From an uncultured Flavobacteriales bacterium (lineage in GTDB: Bacteria; Bacteroidota; Bacteroidia; Flavobacteriales; BACL11), in NCBI GenBank assembly GCA_905478555.1, contig CAJQIZ010000014.1, positions 741-64,740 of the forward strand: a stretch of DNA of 64,000 nucleotides. The letters run 5' to 3'. This document shows, piece by piece, positions 29,523-40,001 of the stretch. The notes beneath the pieces are model-generated. The model saw only the letters and a list, made by a program, of their open reading frames with translations, was not told the DNA's origin and did not search any database. The first letter of the stretch is position 1. Each line of letters opens with the position of its first letter. Position numbers and translations under genes: made by a program.

Positions 29523-31175
29523 TCATTTAACTATTGCAAAAGAAGTCCTTCTATTTTTTGACCTTCCTAATTCCGTTTTATTATTAGCAATAGGGTTGTT
29601 ATCTCCTTGACCTTTATAAGTCATTCGTTGTTCTTCAATCCCTCTATCATACAAATAACTCAGAACTTCTGCAGCTCTGTTTTCTGATAGAGTAATATTA
29701 TATTCCTTCCCTCCAATATTATCGGTATGTCCTTCAATATGAATTTTTATTAAAGGATTTTTTTGTAAATAGTCTAAAAGAATATTTAACTCAGTAAAGG
29801 AGCTTTCCATTAATTGATACGAATCAGTTTCGAAAAAAACATTATTCAATATTATTTCACCTCCATTTGCCTTAGCTATAATATCCATTTCAAAATCAGA
29901 TATTGGTTCTGCTCTTTTATCTTCAGGAAGTTGAAAACTAAAAACATCTTCCTTTCCAAAACCACTTTTATCAGAAACAAAATATGCTATTCTACCATTT
30001 GATTCTACCACTAAAGAATTTTCAGTTTTATACGAATTTATAGGGTAACCTAAATTTTCTGGATCTCCCCATAGGGTATCTGAATTGTTTCTTCTACTTA
30101 CAAATAAATCCATATCTCCCATACCAATATGACCTTCAGAAGCAAAATAGAAAGTTAAATTATCAGGATGTAAAAAAGGAGACATCTCATCATAGATTGT
30201 ATTTATTGTTGGACCTAAATTTTGTGGTTCTAAAAATCCAAATCGAGAAATTTCTGATCTCCAAATATCATCACCACCATAACCTCCCCTCCTATTACTT
30301 ACAAAGTATATGTATTTTATGTCAGCAGAAAAACAAGCCTGACTCTCCCAATATCTAGTGTTTATATTACTAATATTTTCCGCTTTGCTCCATGTTCCAT
30401 TTTCTTGTTTCACACACAAATACAAATCGCATCTCCCTTCACCATCCTCTCGGTTACATGCTGTGTAAATTAAAAACCAACCGTTTGCAGATACGGTAAC
30501 AGAACCTTCATTCAAATAGGTATTTATTTCCATAGGCACAGATGGGGTCCATACCCCATTATTTTGTTCTGAAAGATAAAAATCTTCTTGCCACTTTTTA
30601 TCTTTAGTTTCTAATAATCTCGTAAAAATAAATTCTTTTCCATCTGCAGAAATAAAAGGTAAATACTCTGCATTTTCAGTATTTATATTCATCCCCATAT
30701 TTTCAGGATTAAATTCTACAGGGTTTGCTATGGCGTCTATTGCAAATCTGCAATTATTTATATAATAGATGTGTTTTTCCTTATATAAGTCCTCTTCTAA
30801 AAGATTCTTACTTAAATAACCTTGCGAAATATAAAAATATTTAATCGCCTTTTCATACATTCCTTTCTCATAAAACCTTGTAGCTAAATCAAAAACAATA
30901 TAAGCACTCTTTTCAGAATTGATATTATAAAAAAGAAAGAACTCTTTTTCACTTTCAGCAAACTCTTCATTCTGCCAATAGATAGCCGAAAGCAACAAGT
31001 GTGGTTTTTTCCAGTCTTTATTTTTTTCTAATAATTTTAAACTTTGTTCTTTTGCTAATTCCAAGTTACCCTGTTCTATCATCACTAAAATATTATCGTA
31101 TTTTTTCTGTTCTCTTTTAGATTGAGAAAACAAGAAAAAAGGAATAAAAACGAATAATAGAATTAGTTTTTTCAT
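29523..31175 (-). CDS. OmpA-family protein with TPR and TolB/PD40-like beta-propeller repeats
   Basis: Signal peptide, TPR-like N-terminus, repeated PD40-like segments (EYLPFISADGKEFIF, DEMSPFLHPDNLTFYF), C-terminal OmpA domain (IEGHTDNIG...NITLSENRA...NRRTSF). Confidence 0.8.
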   Translation of the reverse strand: MKKLILLFVFIPFFLFSQSKREQKKYDNILVMIEQGNLELAKEQSLKLLEKNKDWKKPHLLLSAIYWQNEEFAESEKEFFLFYNINSEKSAYIVFDLATRFYEKGMYEKAIKYFYISQGYLSKNLLEEDLYKEKHIYYINNCRFAIDAIANPVEFNPENMGMNINTENAEYLPFISADGKEFIFTRLLETKDKKWQEDFYLSEQNNGVWTPSVPMEINTYLNEGSVTVSANGWFLIYTACNREDGEGRCDLYLCVKQENGTWSKAENISNINTRYWESQACFSADIKYIYFVSNRRGGYGGDDIWRSEISRFGFLEPQNLGPTINTIYDEMSPFLHPDNLTFYFASEGHIGMGDMDLFVSRRNNSDTLWGDPENLGYPINSYKTENSLVVESNGRIAYFVSDKSGFGKEDVFSFQLPEDKRAEPISDFEMDIIAKANGGEIILNNVFFETDSYQLMESSFTELNILLDYLQKNPLIKIHIEGHTDNIGGKEYNITLSENRAAEVLSYLYDRGIEEQRMTYKGQGDNNPIANNKTELGRSKNRRTSFAIVK

Positions 31176-31796
31176 TTAAGGAATTTGTAAATATTTATGC
31201 GTTTGTAAGGAGATTTTCCATTTCGGATTTTGCATTACATAATCAATTATTAGTGGAATCATTTCTTCTTTACTACTCCATTCTGGTTGTAAATATAGTT
31301 GACATGTTTCCAAAACTCCAACCTTCTGTTGTTCGGCCCACTTAAAATCTGATTTATTTTTCACTATTATTTTTAACTCATTTGCCAATGGCTTTATTGC
31401 ATCCAATGGTTTTTGAAATTTCTTTGGAGAAAGACAAATCCAATCCCAATCGCCGCTTAATTGATGACTTCCAGAAGTTTCCAAATGGGTTTTTAACCCC
31501 TTTTCTTTTATAGATTCCGTTAAAAATTTCATGTCCCACATTAGAGGTTCCCCTCCTGTGACTACTACCGTTTCAGATGGAAATTTTAAAATTGGGACAA
31601 CAATATCTTCTACCTTAGTTAGAGGATGTAAGTTTGCATCCCAACTTTCTTTCACATCACACCAATGGCAACCAACATCACAACCACCAATACGTAAAAA
31701 ATAAGCGGAATTACCTGTATAAAAACCTTCTCCTTGTATAGTATAAAACGCTTCCATTAACGGAAGTGTAATTCCTTTTTCTAATTCTGAATTCAT
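31176..31796 (-). CDS. queE: 7-carboxy-7-deazaguanine synthase (radical SAM)
   Basis: EAFYTIQGEG, FLRIGGCDVGCHWCD cluster motif, VVTGGEP. Start set at ATG 31796, because the track TTG start (31805) is part of the -7 box. Confidence 0.85.
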   Translation of the reverse strand: MNSELEKGITLPLMEAFYTIQGEGFYTGNSAYFLRIGGCDVGCHWCDVKESWDANLHPLTKVEDIVVPILKFPSETVVVTGGEPLMWDMKFLTESIKEKGLKTHLETSGSHQLSGDWDWICLSPKKFQKPLDAIKPLANELKIIVKNKSDFKWAEQQKVGVLETCQLYLQPEWSSKEEMIPLIIDYVMQNPKWKISLQTHKYLQIP

Positions 31797-31802
31797 ATTT
31801 GG

Positions 31803-31810
31803 CAAAAGTA
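31803..31810 (-). promoter_or_regulatory. -7 box TACTTTTG (minus strand) for queE
   Basis: caaaagta on the plus strand, ending 6 nt before ATG 31796. Confidence 0.45.
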
Positions 31811-31842
31811 AGATTTTATGTTTAGTAAAATGTAAAGAATTT

Positions 31843-31850
31843 TATCTTTG
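31843..31850 (+). promoter_or_regulatory. -7 box TATCTTTG for ftcD
   Basis: Exact TAnnTTTG 20 nt upstream of ATG 31871. Divergent from the queE promoter. Confidence 0.45.
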
Positions 31851-31870
31851 CAAGAACAAATAAAATAATA

Positions 31871-33565
31871 ATGAAACAAATTATAGAATGTGTACCAAAC
31901 ATATCAGAAGGTAGAGATGAGGAAAAGATTAAAATTATCTCACAAATTGTAGAGGAAGTTGATGGAGTGAAGTTACTAAATGTAGATCCAGGAAAAGCAA
32001 CTAACAGAACAGTTATTACATTTGTTGGAGAACCACAACAAGTAATTGATGCTGCATTTTTACTAATACAAAAAGCACAAGAATTAATTGACATGAGCAA
32101 ACACTCAGGAGAACATCCAAGAATGGGAGCTACTGATGTTTGTCCATTAGTGCCAATTGCGAATATTAGTATGGAAGAAACTGCTAAATGGTCACATAAA
32201 CTAGGAAAAAGAGTAGGAACAGAACTTGGAATTCCTGTTTATCTTTATGAAGATGCTGCAAAAGAAGAAAAAAGAAGAAACCTTGCCAATTGCCGACAAG
32301 GTGAATATGAAGGATTATCTAAAAAATTAGTGAACCCAGAATGGAAACCAGATTTTGGTCCTGATGAATTCAATAAATCAGTAGAAAAATCTGGAGTAAC
32401 AGGAATTTCTGCTCGGGATTTTTTAGTAGCTTATAACATCAACTTAAACACTACATCTACTCGTAGAGCAAATGCAGTCGCTTTTGATATTCGTGAAGCA
32501 GGAAGAATAAAAAGAGAAGGTGGAACTTTATCTGGAAAAGTAATGAAAGATGAAGATGGAAACCCTTTAAAAGAGCCAGGATTGTTCAAAGCGGTAAAAG
32601 GAATCGGATGGTATATTGAAGAATATGGAGTGGCACAAATATCTTACAACTTAACTGACATCAACATCTCCCCTTTACATGAAGTATTCGATAAAACTTG
32701 TGAGCGTTCCATAGCAAGAGGAATGAGAGTTACAGGTTCTGAATTAATTGGACTTGTACCAAAAAAAGTACTGATTGATGCAGGAATACATTTTCTTAAA
32801 AAACAAGAACGCTCCACAGGAATAAATGAAAGCGAAATTATAAAAATTGCAATTAAAACTTTAGGATTGGAGGAACTAGCTCCTTTTGATCCGCAAGAAA
32901 GAATAATTGAATATATCTTGAAAAATGACGAGAACAAACCTTTAGTAAATATGACTCTTACCGCATTTGCAAATGAAACGGCAAGCGAGAGCCCAGCTCC
33001 TGGAGGTGGTTCTATTGCTGCTTATTGTGGTGCTATGGGAATTTCCTTAGGAACAATGGTTGCCAACTTATCGGCACATAAAAGAGGTTGGGACGATAGA
33101 TGGGAAGAATTTTCTAATTGGGCAGAAAAAGGAATGAAGTATCAAAATACTCTGCTGGATTTAGTAGATGAGGACACCAATGCCTTTAATAAAATTATGG
33201 ATGCATTCCGTTTACCAAAAGATACTAAGGCTGACAAAGCCAAAAGACAGGATGCGATACAATCAGCAACGAAATACGCTATCCTCACTCCATTTAAGGT
33301 TATGGAGACCGCCTATAACTCTATGGAAGTAATGAAAGCTATGGCAGAATTTGGAAATCCTAATTCGGTAACAGATGCTGGAGTTGGTGCACTCTGTGCT
33401 CGTACTGCTGTAATTGGTGCATTCTTAAATGTGAAAATTAATTGTGGAGACTGTACAGACAAAGCGTTTGTAGAAGATATTTTAAATAGAGGACAACAAT
33501 TAGTTGATGATACTTGTACTTTGGAAGATGAAATTATGAAAATTACTAACTCAAAGATAAACTAA
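31871..33565 (+). CDS. ftcD: Bifunctional glutamate formimidoyltransferase / formimidoyltetrahydrofolate cyclodeaminase
   Basis: N-terminus IECVPNISEGRD and HPRMGATDVCP (transferase). The C-terminal about 200 aa, with PAPGGGS, is the cyclodeaminase domain. Confidence 0.85.
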   Translation: MKQIIECVPNISEGRDEEKIKIISQIVEEVDGVKLLNVDPGKATNRTVITFVGEPQQVIDAAFLLIQKAQELIDMSKHSGEHPRMGATDVCPLVPIANISMEETAKWSHKLGKRVGTELGIPVYLYEDAAKEEKRRNLANCRQGEYEGLSKKLVNPEWKPDFGPDEFNKSVEKSGVTGISARDFLVAYNINLNTTSTRRANAVAFDIREAGRIKREGGTLSGKVMKDEDGNPLKEPGLFKAVKGIGWYIEEYGVAQISYNLTDINISPLHEVFDKTCERSIARGMRVTGSELIGLVPKKVLIDAGIHFLKKQERSTGINESEIIKIAIKTLGLEELAPFDPQERIIEYILKNDENKPLVNMTLTAFANETASESPAPGGGSIAAYCGAMGISLGTMVANLSAHKRGWDDRWEEFSNWAEKGMKYQNTLLDLVDEDTNAFNKIMDAFRLPKDTKADKAKRQDAIQSATKYAILTPFKVMETAYNSMEVMKAMAEFGNPNSVTDAGVGALCARTAVIGAFLNVKINCGDCTDKAFVEDILNRGQQLVDDTCTLEDEIMKITNSKIN

Positions 33566-33570
33566 AAACT

Positions 33571-33915
33571 ATGTCAGAAGAAATGAAAGCCTGCCCTGTT
33601 TGCGAATCTCCTTATGGATATACATCAGGAATTGATTCTTATACTTGCCCTGAATGTGCAAATGAATGGAGTCCGAAAAAATTAGAATTGGAAGAAGAAT
33701 TAAAGATATTGGACAGTAATGGAACTCGTTTACAAACTGGGGATAGCGTTATTGTTATCAAAAATTTACCTGTTAAAGGTGTTCCAAAACCAGTAAAATC
33801 AGGAACAAAGGTAAAGAACATCCGCCTAACAGAAGGAGAACATAATATCAACTGCAAAATAGATGGATTTGGATCCTTGCAGCTGAAATCAGAATTTGTA
33901 AGAAAGAGTAATTAA
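33571..33915 (+). CDS. phnA: PhnA-family zinc-ribbon protein
   Basis: CPVC...CPEC zinc ribbon followed by the conserved DSNG..L.DGDSV.VIKDL.VKG...K.GTKV..IRL-type C-terminal domain. Confidence 0.8.
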   Translation: MSEEMKACPVCESPYGYTSGIDSYTCPECANEWSPKKLELEEELKILDSNGTRLQTGDSVIVIKNLPVKGVPKPVKSGTKVKNIRLTEGEHNINCKIDGFGSLQLKSEFVRKSN

Positions 33916-33931
33916 CAGAAAAAATTCTACG

Positions 33932-34465
33932 ATGAGAATCAATAACAACGTAAGGAGGATGTTAAATTTCAACAAAAAAAGAATGACATATTCCTTAAAA
34001 TACGCTTTATTATTTAGTATCCTATCTTCACTTATTGTTGCTTCTCTAATTCCAGTTTCTGCAGCACAAGGATGGGATTTTTTATGGATATATTTCGGAA
34101 TTACTACTTTTTTAATAACCAATACTTTATTTATTTTTTTTATAGAAAGAAAAGGGAAATTTAACAATACTAGGATAATTATTATTGCTATAATATTAGT
34201 ACCTCTAAGTCACTGGTTATTTTGGTATGGTTTTCTAGTAATAAATTATATTGAAGGAATCTTTTTTAATTATCAAATGGATAAAATAACCAATCCTATA
34301 AATGGAATTATTGGAGCTAGTGTATATTCAAGTGTTAGCCTGATATTTATAGCTTGGATACAAATTCCTATCTCTATAGCTTTAAGTCTATTTTTTAAAA
34401 ACAAAAAAGTAAGTAATGAAAAAATAGATGGACTATTAAAAAATAACATAAATATAAAACAATGA
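33932..34465 (+). CDS. Hypothetical integral membrane protein
   Basis: 177 aa with 4-5 hydrophobic helices and no recognisable motif. Confidence 0.5.
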   Translation: MRINNNVRRMLNFNKKRMTYSLKYALLFSILSSLIVASLIPVSAAQGWDFLWIYFGITTFLITNTLFIFFIERKGKFNNTRIIIIAIILVPLSHWLFWYGFLVINYIEGIFFNYQMDKITNPINGIIGASVYSSVSLIFIAWIQIPISIALSLFFKNKKVSNEKIDGLLKNNINIKQ

Positions 34466-34513
34466 TAGAAATACAATTGAATTGTAAGAAGATAACTATG
34501 AACAAATAAAAAC

Positions 34514-35449
34514 ATGTCAGAAAATAAAAAAATAAAAGCAACATTACACCGTAACAACAAAAATAGAAAGCAATACGATCTACTTGCATTAGTAAAAGAA
34601 ATTCCTGAGTTAGAGAAGTATGTAAAGAAAAATATAGATGGAGAACAAACTGTTGACTTCTCTGATCCGATAGCTGTAAAGCTACTTAACAAGGCCTTAT
34701 TAAGCCATTATTATGATGTTAAGTTTTGGAAATTTCCTGACACAAATTTATGTCCACCAATACCAGGCCGTGCCGATTACATTCATCATATGTCTGATTT
34801 GTTAGATAAAAGTATGAGAAAAGGGAAAACTATAAATTGTTTAGATATTGGTGTAGGAGCAAGTTGTATTTACCCTATTATTGGTATAACAGAATACAAT
34901 TGGAATTTTATCGCTTCCGATATTGATAGAAAATCTATTGCAACCGCTAAAAAGATAATCTCCTCTAACCCAAATCTTAAAGGAAAGGTAGATTTTCGTT
35001 TCCAGAACGACAGTAATAAAATATTTGAAGGTATTCTTAAACAAGAGGATAGGATTGAGATAACAATTTGCAATCCTCCATTTCATGCTTCCAGAAAAGA
35101 AGCTTTAGAAGAACAAAGAAAAAAAGTAAGAAACCTAACAGGGAAATATCATCAAAATCCAAAACTGAACTTTTCTGGAGCATCAGAAGAGTTAATATAT
35201 GAAGGAGGGGAGTATCAATTTATACAAAACATGATAAAAGAAAGTGCTAAATATGCCAATAACTGTGTTTGGTTCAGTACTTTAGTTTCAAAGAAAAAGA
35301 ATTTGCATGGAATTTATATTAATTTAAAAAGATTAAAAGTGCATCAGATAAAAGAAATTGAAATAATAACAGCAAACAAAAAAAGTAGAATTATAGCTTG
35401 GACTTTTATGACAAAAAGAGAACAAAAATATGGAAAAAAACCTGAATAA
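34514..35449 (+). CDS. rlmF: 23S rRNA (adenine1618-N6)-methyltransferase
   Basis: LCPPIPGRADYIH, LDIGVGASCIYP (SAM site), CNPPFH (N6-adenine MTase motif IV). Confidence 0.85.
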   Translation: MSENKKIKATLHRNNKNRKQYDLLALVKEIPELEKYVKKNIDGEQTVDFSDPIAVKLLNKALLSHYYDVKFWKFPDTNLCPPIPGRADYIHHMSDLLDKSMRKGKTINCLDIGVGASCIYPIIGITEYNWNFIASDIDRKSIATAKKIISSNPNLKGKVDFRFQNDSNKIFEGILKQEDRIEITICNPPFHASRKEALEEQRKKVRNLTGKYHQNPKLNFSGASEELIYEGGEYQFIQNMIKESAKYANNCVWFSTLVSKKKNLHGIYINLKRLKVHQIKEIEIITANKKSRIIAWTFMTKREQKYGKKPE

Positions 35450-35891
35450 CTTCTTCACCAATATGCTAGTTAATGTTTTAATAAACTTAACAACAGACAG
35501 CAAACCCGAATGGGGAACAATGACTCCAAGACAAATGCTCAATCATTTGATACAGAGTAGTAAAATGATGCATTTTGGGAATAGTATTATATTAATTAAA
35601 GAAAAACATATTAAGCAATCTATTGCCTTTTTATATTCTGATAAAGAAATCAAAAAAGGATTAGTAGTTCCAAAGGATATTGGATTAAACTTTGATAAGG
35701 ATATTATTCAAGATATTGAAGAATTAAAAAAAGAATTGATTAATTCAACCAATACTATGATAGTTTTCTTGAATAAAAATATTAATTTTAAAGCCATACA
35801 TCCCTTTTTCGGGGAGTTAACTGCAGAGCAATGGTTACTATTCCAAAAGAAACATTTTAAACATCATCTAAATCAATTTGGTTTATTGTAA
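35430..35891 (+). CDS. DinB-like / DUF1569 family protein
   Basis: P.WG.M...QML.H and the C-terminal FGELTAEQWLLFQKKHFKHHLNQFGL pattern, as I recall it for DUF1569. Confidence 0.5.
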   Translation: MEKNLNNFFTNMLVNVLINLTTDSKPEWGTMTPRQMLNHLIQSSKMMHFGNSIILIKEKHIKQSIAFLYSDKEIKKGLVVPKDIGLNFDKDIIQDIEELKKELINSTNTMIVFLNKNINFKAIHPFFGELTAEQWLLFQKKHFKHHLNQFGLL

Positions 35892-35936
35892 ATAAACTAA
35901 TATTATTATGTTTGTGTTTAATAAAAAAAGAAAAAA

Positions 35937-36242
35937 ATGAAAACAAAATTATTTTTAATTGCTGTAATTTCAGCTTTCACTTTCACTTCTTGTGAAAAAT
36001 GCAAAGATTGTGAGGCTTCATATGAATTTATTAATGGAGCAAATGAAGAAGATTATGATGATTTAGCGGTATTTCTAGGTTATACTTCATTCCAAAATTT
36101 CTTTAACTCAACAGATTCAATAAACCAATTAAATATGGAATACTGTGAAGATGACTTAACAGATAAACAAGATTATTCTGAAGAATATGATGATGATGGG
36201 GATGGTACAAACGATATTCGTTATTTTTTCGATTGCAAATAA
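35937..36242 (+). CDS. Small acidic lipoprotein, hypothetical
   Basis: Signal peptide with lipobox FTSC. The mature part is rich in Asp/Glu with DDDGDG (DxDxDG-like) near the C-terminus. Confidence 0.55.
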   Translation: MKTKLFLIAVISAFTFTSCEKCKDCEASYEFINGANEEDYDDLAVFLGYTSFQNFFNSTDSINQLNMEYCEDDLTDKQDYSEEYDDDGDGTNDIRYFFDCK

Positions 36243-36243
36243 T

Positions 36244-37053
36244 TTAAAAATTTAATTTATTAAATACCAATCTTGCAACTTTGTAAGATTGGTATCTTTT
36301 TTCTTCAAATCTTTCTATCCATTTTACTCCTTTTATTGAATTAGTAAGAAAAACTTCACTAGCAACAAGCAAATCCTTTTTTGTAATAGACTTTTCTACC
36401 ACATTAAACTGACTTTGCAAGTAGTTTCTCATAGTTCCATCTACACAGCCATCTTCTAATGGAGGAGTAAAGATGATATTTTCTTTCACCAAAAATAAAT
36501 TAGAATTAGAACTTTCAATAATATTATTTTCAGAATTCAACAGTAAACAATCGTCCCAAATATTCTCCTTTGCGTAAATAGAAGCCAAAACATAAATAAC
36601 TGCATTAGTAGTTTTATAATTAGAAAACTTACTCTTATCTTTTCTTATCTCTTTAAACACTCCTAATTTCAGTCCGTTTTCATTAAATAAAAACCCATTA
36701 TCCAATTTTTCAATTTCTGCAACAAAACTTATCTTATTCTCTACTGGGAAATATTTTCCTTCGGATTCTCTAAAAAAAACTACTCTAAGATTTCCTCCTA
36801 TAATTTCATTTTTTATTATTAAAATATCTAGGATATTTTTTAATTCAGAATATGATAAATCAATATCCATCTTAAAAAACTTAGCTGTTTTTTCAATTCT
36901 ATCAAAATGACATTCTAAATTAAAACAGATAGAATTTATCACTTTTATACTTTCAAAAAAACCATCGGCATACAAAAAAGATCGGTTATTTATTTTCAGA
37001 GAGAAATCTTCCTCTCTCAACAAATCAAAATTATGTAATATATATTTACTCAT
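36244..37053 (-). CDS. Aminotransferase class IV family protein (aminodeoxychorismate lyase / D-amino acid aminotransferase-like)
   Basis: YADGFFESIKV N-terminus and the size and pattern of fold-type IV PLP enzymes (SNLF..., PPLEDGCVDGTMR). Confidence 0.6.
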   Translation of the reverse strand: MSKYILHNFDLLREEDFSLKINNRSFLYADGFFESIKVINSICFNLECHFDRIEKTAKFFKMDIDLSYSELKNILDILIIKNEIIGGNLRVVFFRESEGKYFPVENKISFVAEIEKLDNGFLFNENGLKLGVFKEIRKDKSKFSNYKTTNAVIYVLASIYAKENIWDDCLLLNSENNIIESSNSNLFLVKENIIFTPPLEDGCVDGTMRNYLQSQFNVVEKSITKKDLLVASEVFLTNSIKGVKWIERFEEKRYQSYKVARLVFNKLNF

Positions 37054-37089
37054 AAAATACTATCTTGCGAAATAATAAAAATTATTTTT

Positions 37090-39963
37090 ATGAATAGACT
37101 TTTACTTCTTTTTTCTTTGCTATTTTACCAAATTTGTTTTTCACAAATCATAATTAAAGGTGAAATTTCCGACAAACTAACCAAAGAAGAATTAATTGGA
37201 GCTAATGTAGTTTGGAAAGTACAAAATATTGGTGTTTCTACCGATTTTAATGGAAAGTTTGAAATCAGCATTCCTTCAGAAAATTTCCCAATAAAACTTC
37301 ATATTTCCTACATGGGGTATTCCACACAAATTATTAATATAAAGAAGTCAGATTGGAAAAATAAAAATGGTTTTTATAACTTCTATCTAAAGTCAGATAA
37401 CAAACTAATAAAGGAAGTTAAAATTATAGATTCTCGGTTAACTAAAAAACAAAAGGAAAATCCATTAACAGTTGAAGCATTGGATATTCTAGCAATTAAG
37501 GAAACCCCTTCTGCTAATTTTTATGATGGATTAGGAGCATTAAAAGGAGTAGATATCTCTGCAGCAAGTTTAGGTTTTAAAATAATTAACACTAGAGGAT
37601 TCAACAGCACTTCTCCAGTTCGTTCTTTACAAATTATTGACGGAGTAGATAACCAAGCACCTGGAATGAACTTCTCACTAGGGAATTTTTTAGGGGCTTC
37701 TGAATTAGACATCCTAAAAGTAGAAATTATACAAGGTGCTAATTCTGCTTATTTTGGGCCAAATGCCTTTAATGGCGTAATAAAAATGAATACTAAAAAC
37801 CCTTTTATTCATACAGGATTGAGTGTTCAACAGAAATTTGGCAGTAGAAATCTATCTGAAAGTATTATCAGATTAGCAGAGAAATTTCAGGATAAAAATG
37901 GTAAAGATATATTTGCTTATAAAATTAACCTTTCTTATATGAAAGCTTATGATTGGGAAGCAGATAATATGGCACAAGTAGATGGTACGGAAGCAAATAT
38001 AAATAACCCTGGAGGTTATGATGCGGTAAATAGATATGGAGATGAAGATACTGATGGAAATTTAAATGATGTCAGAGAAAATTCAAACCTGAATTATTTC
38101 ACTCATCCTGGATTAGGATTATGGCACCGAACAGGATATATGGAAAAAGATATTGTAGATTATAATACCAACAACTTGAAATTTTCATCTTCATTGCATT
38201 ATAAGTTAAACCCTGAAATTGAGATGATGTACAAATTCAATTACGGAACAGGAACAACTGTTTATCAGGGAGACAATAGATTTAGTTTAAAAAATATTCA
38301 ATTCTACCAAAATATATTTGAAATAAAACAAGAAGATAAATTTTTCGTAAGAGCCTACCGATCTGCTGAAGATGCTGGAGATAGTTATGATGCAGTATTT
38401 ACAGCTCTTAGACTACAAGAATACAATCAAACTACTAATCAAGATTGGTATACTTTTTACAAAAATAATTGGAAAGATAATTTCTCTTGGGGAGATATTG
38501 GATGGAGTGTCCCTGAAGATTCTACCTATCTTACCACCTCTTTTCCATTTGTTGAAACAGTATATACTTTTAATGGAGAAATTATAAATATTTTAGATTG
38601 GATGAATATGTCAGATTCTGTTTTAATAGCAAATACAGAAGAATTACTTTCCACTCACAACTTTGTTAGAAACCAAACTGATCTGCTAACTAATAGGTTA
38701 GTACCTGGAACAGAAGAATTTTCAAATGCCTTAAGTAACATTACTTCAAAAATACCTTCGGAAGGTGGTACATCATTTTATGACAAATCTGCATTAAATC
38801 ATATACATTCTGAATATCAATTTAATCCAAATTTCAGTAAAATTAAAATAGGAGCAAATTTTAGACAATATAATCCTGATTCGAAAGGTACTATTTTCAT
38901 GGATACCACTAGTAAAATTTCTAATACTGAATTTGGAATATATTCTGGTTTCGAAAAAGAGTTATTCTTTGATAAATTAAAAGTAAATGCTACTTTCAGA
39001 TTAGATAAAAATGAAAATTTTAATTATAACTTTTCACCTGCAGCATCTTTAGTTTACAAAGCATCTAAAAAGGATATTCTAAGATTATCGTTCTCATCTG
39101 CAGTGAGAAACCCTACCCTTTCTGACCAGTATTTATATTATAATGTTGGTAGAGCTATTTTAATTGGGAACCTTAGTGGACACGGAAAAGATTACGGAGA
39201 AAACTTAGTTACTGTAGAATCTCTAGTTAATTACTTTATGCCAGCACAACTGAATAAAGATAGTTTAAAATTTTTCAGTGTTTCACCTATAAAACCTGAA
39301 AAAGCAAAATCTGCAGAAATAGGATATCGAACTACGCTTTTTGATAAATTATATATTGATGCTAATTATTATTATTCAAAATATACCGATTTTATAGGAT
39401 ATAAAATTGGTGCTAAATATGTAACCTTACAAGACGATACTAATACAGGAGCATACGAAATATCAATACCTTCTATACAAGCATACAGAATGGCTGCAAA
39501 TGCTGAAAACACAGTAACTACACAAGGAGCTTCTATAGGATTAAATTACTTTATTTCTACACAATTTACTTTAAATGGAAATTATAGTTGGAATAAATTA
39601 AATGAAAATGGTACAGAAGACCCAATTATACCCGCCTACAACACTCCAGAACATAAATACAATTTAGGATTTTCAGGCAGAGATTTACATTTCAGTTCAG
39701 AATATATGATTTTACGGAATTATGCCTTTAATATTAACTATAAATGGGTAGAAGGCTTTAAATATGAAGGATCTCCTCAATTTACAGGAATGGTTCCTAA
39801 TTATAATTTATTAGACATGCAAGTAAGTAAGAAAATACCTAAACATAACGCTACTCTTAAGGTAGGAAGCTCTAACCTTTTAAATAACCAACATTTTGAA
39901 GTTTATGGTGGACCTTATATTGGAAGAATGACTTATATTTCCTTACTTTTTGAATTAAAATAA
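37090..39963 (+). CDS. TonB-dependent receptor with N-terminal carboxypeptidase-regulatory-like domain
   Basis: Signal peptide, CarbopepD_reg-like IKGEISDKLTKEELIGANVV, plug domain (ALKGVDIS..., RGFNS...., IDGVDN) and a long beta-barrel ending ...YISLLFELK. Confidence 0.85.
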   Translation: MNRLLLLFSLLFYQICFSQIIIKGEISDKLTKEELIGANVVWKVQNIGVSTDFNGKFEISIPSENFPIKLHISYMGYSTQIINIKKSDWKNKNGFYNFYLKSDNKLIKEVKIIDSRLTKKQKENPLTVEALDILAIKETPSANFYDGLGALKGVDISAASLGFKIINTRGFNSTSPVRSLQIIDGVDNQAPGMNFSLGNFLGASELDILKVEIIQGANSAYFGPNAFNGVIKMNTKNPFIHTGLSVQQKFGSRNLSESIIRLAEKFQDKNGKDIFAYKINLSYMKAYDWEADNMAQVDGTEANINNPGGYDAVNRYGDEDTDGNLNDVRENSNLNYFTHPGLGLWHRTGYMEKDIVDYNTNNLKFSSSLHYKLNPEIEMMYKFNYGTGTTVYQGDNRFSLKNIQFYQNIFEIKQEDKFFVRAYRSAEDAGDSYDAVFTALRLQEYNQTTNQDWYTFYKNNWKDNFSWGDIGWSVPEDSTYLTTSFPFVETVYTFNGEIINILDWMNMSDSVLIANTEELLSTHNFVRNQTDLLTNRLVPGTEEFSNALSNITSKIPSEGGTSFYDKSALNHIHSEYQFNPNFSKIKIGANFRQYNPDSKGTIFMDTTSKISNTEFGIYSGFEKELFFDKLKVNATFRLDKNENFNYNFSPAASLVYKASKKDILRLSFSSAVRNPTLSDQYLYYNVGRAILIGNLSGHGKDYGENLVTVESLVNYFMPAQLNKDSLKFFSVSPIKPEKAKSAEIGYRTTLFDKLYIDANYYYSKYTDFIGYKIGAKYVTLQDDTNTGAYEISIPSIQAYRMAANAENTVTTQGASIGLNYFISTQFTLNGNYSWNKLNENGTEDPIIPAYNTPEHKYNLGFSGRDLHFSSEYMILRNYAFNINYKWVEGFKYEGSPQFTGMVPNYNLLDMQVSKKIPKHNATLKVGSSNLLNNQHFEVYGGPYIGRMTYISLLFELK

Positions 39964-40001
39964 ATTCACTATCATTGTACAATAAATAAAAAATAAAAAT
40001 T

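Noticed and set aside
31797-31870. Possible preQ1 riboswitch upstream of queE
   Set aside because: The spacer is only about 70 bp, is shared with the divergent ftcD promoter, and the -7 box sits 6 nt from the ATG. There is no room for an aptamer and no preQ1-like conserved sequence.
31822-32100. 92-aa minus-strand ORF overlapping the ftcD 5' end
   Set aside because: Antisense to ftcD (strong N-terminal match IECVPNISEGRD). It would also run through the ftcD promoter box.
34273-34692. Minus-strand ORFs of 139 aa and 64 aa spanning the membrane-protein/rlmF junction
   Set aside because: Phe/Leu/Ile-rich low-complexity translations antisense to two plus-strand genes, one of which (rlmF) has clear motifs. 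Judged spurious.
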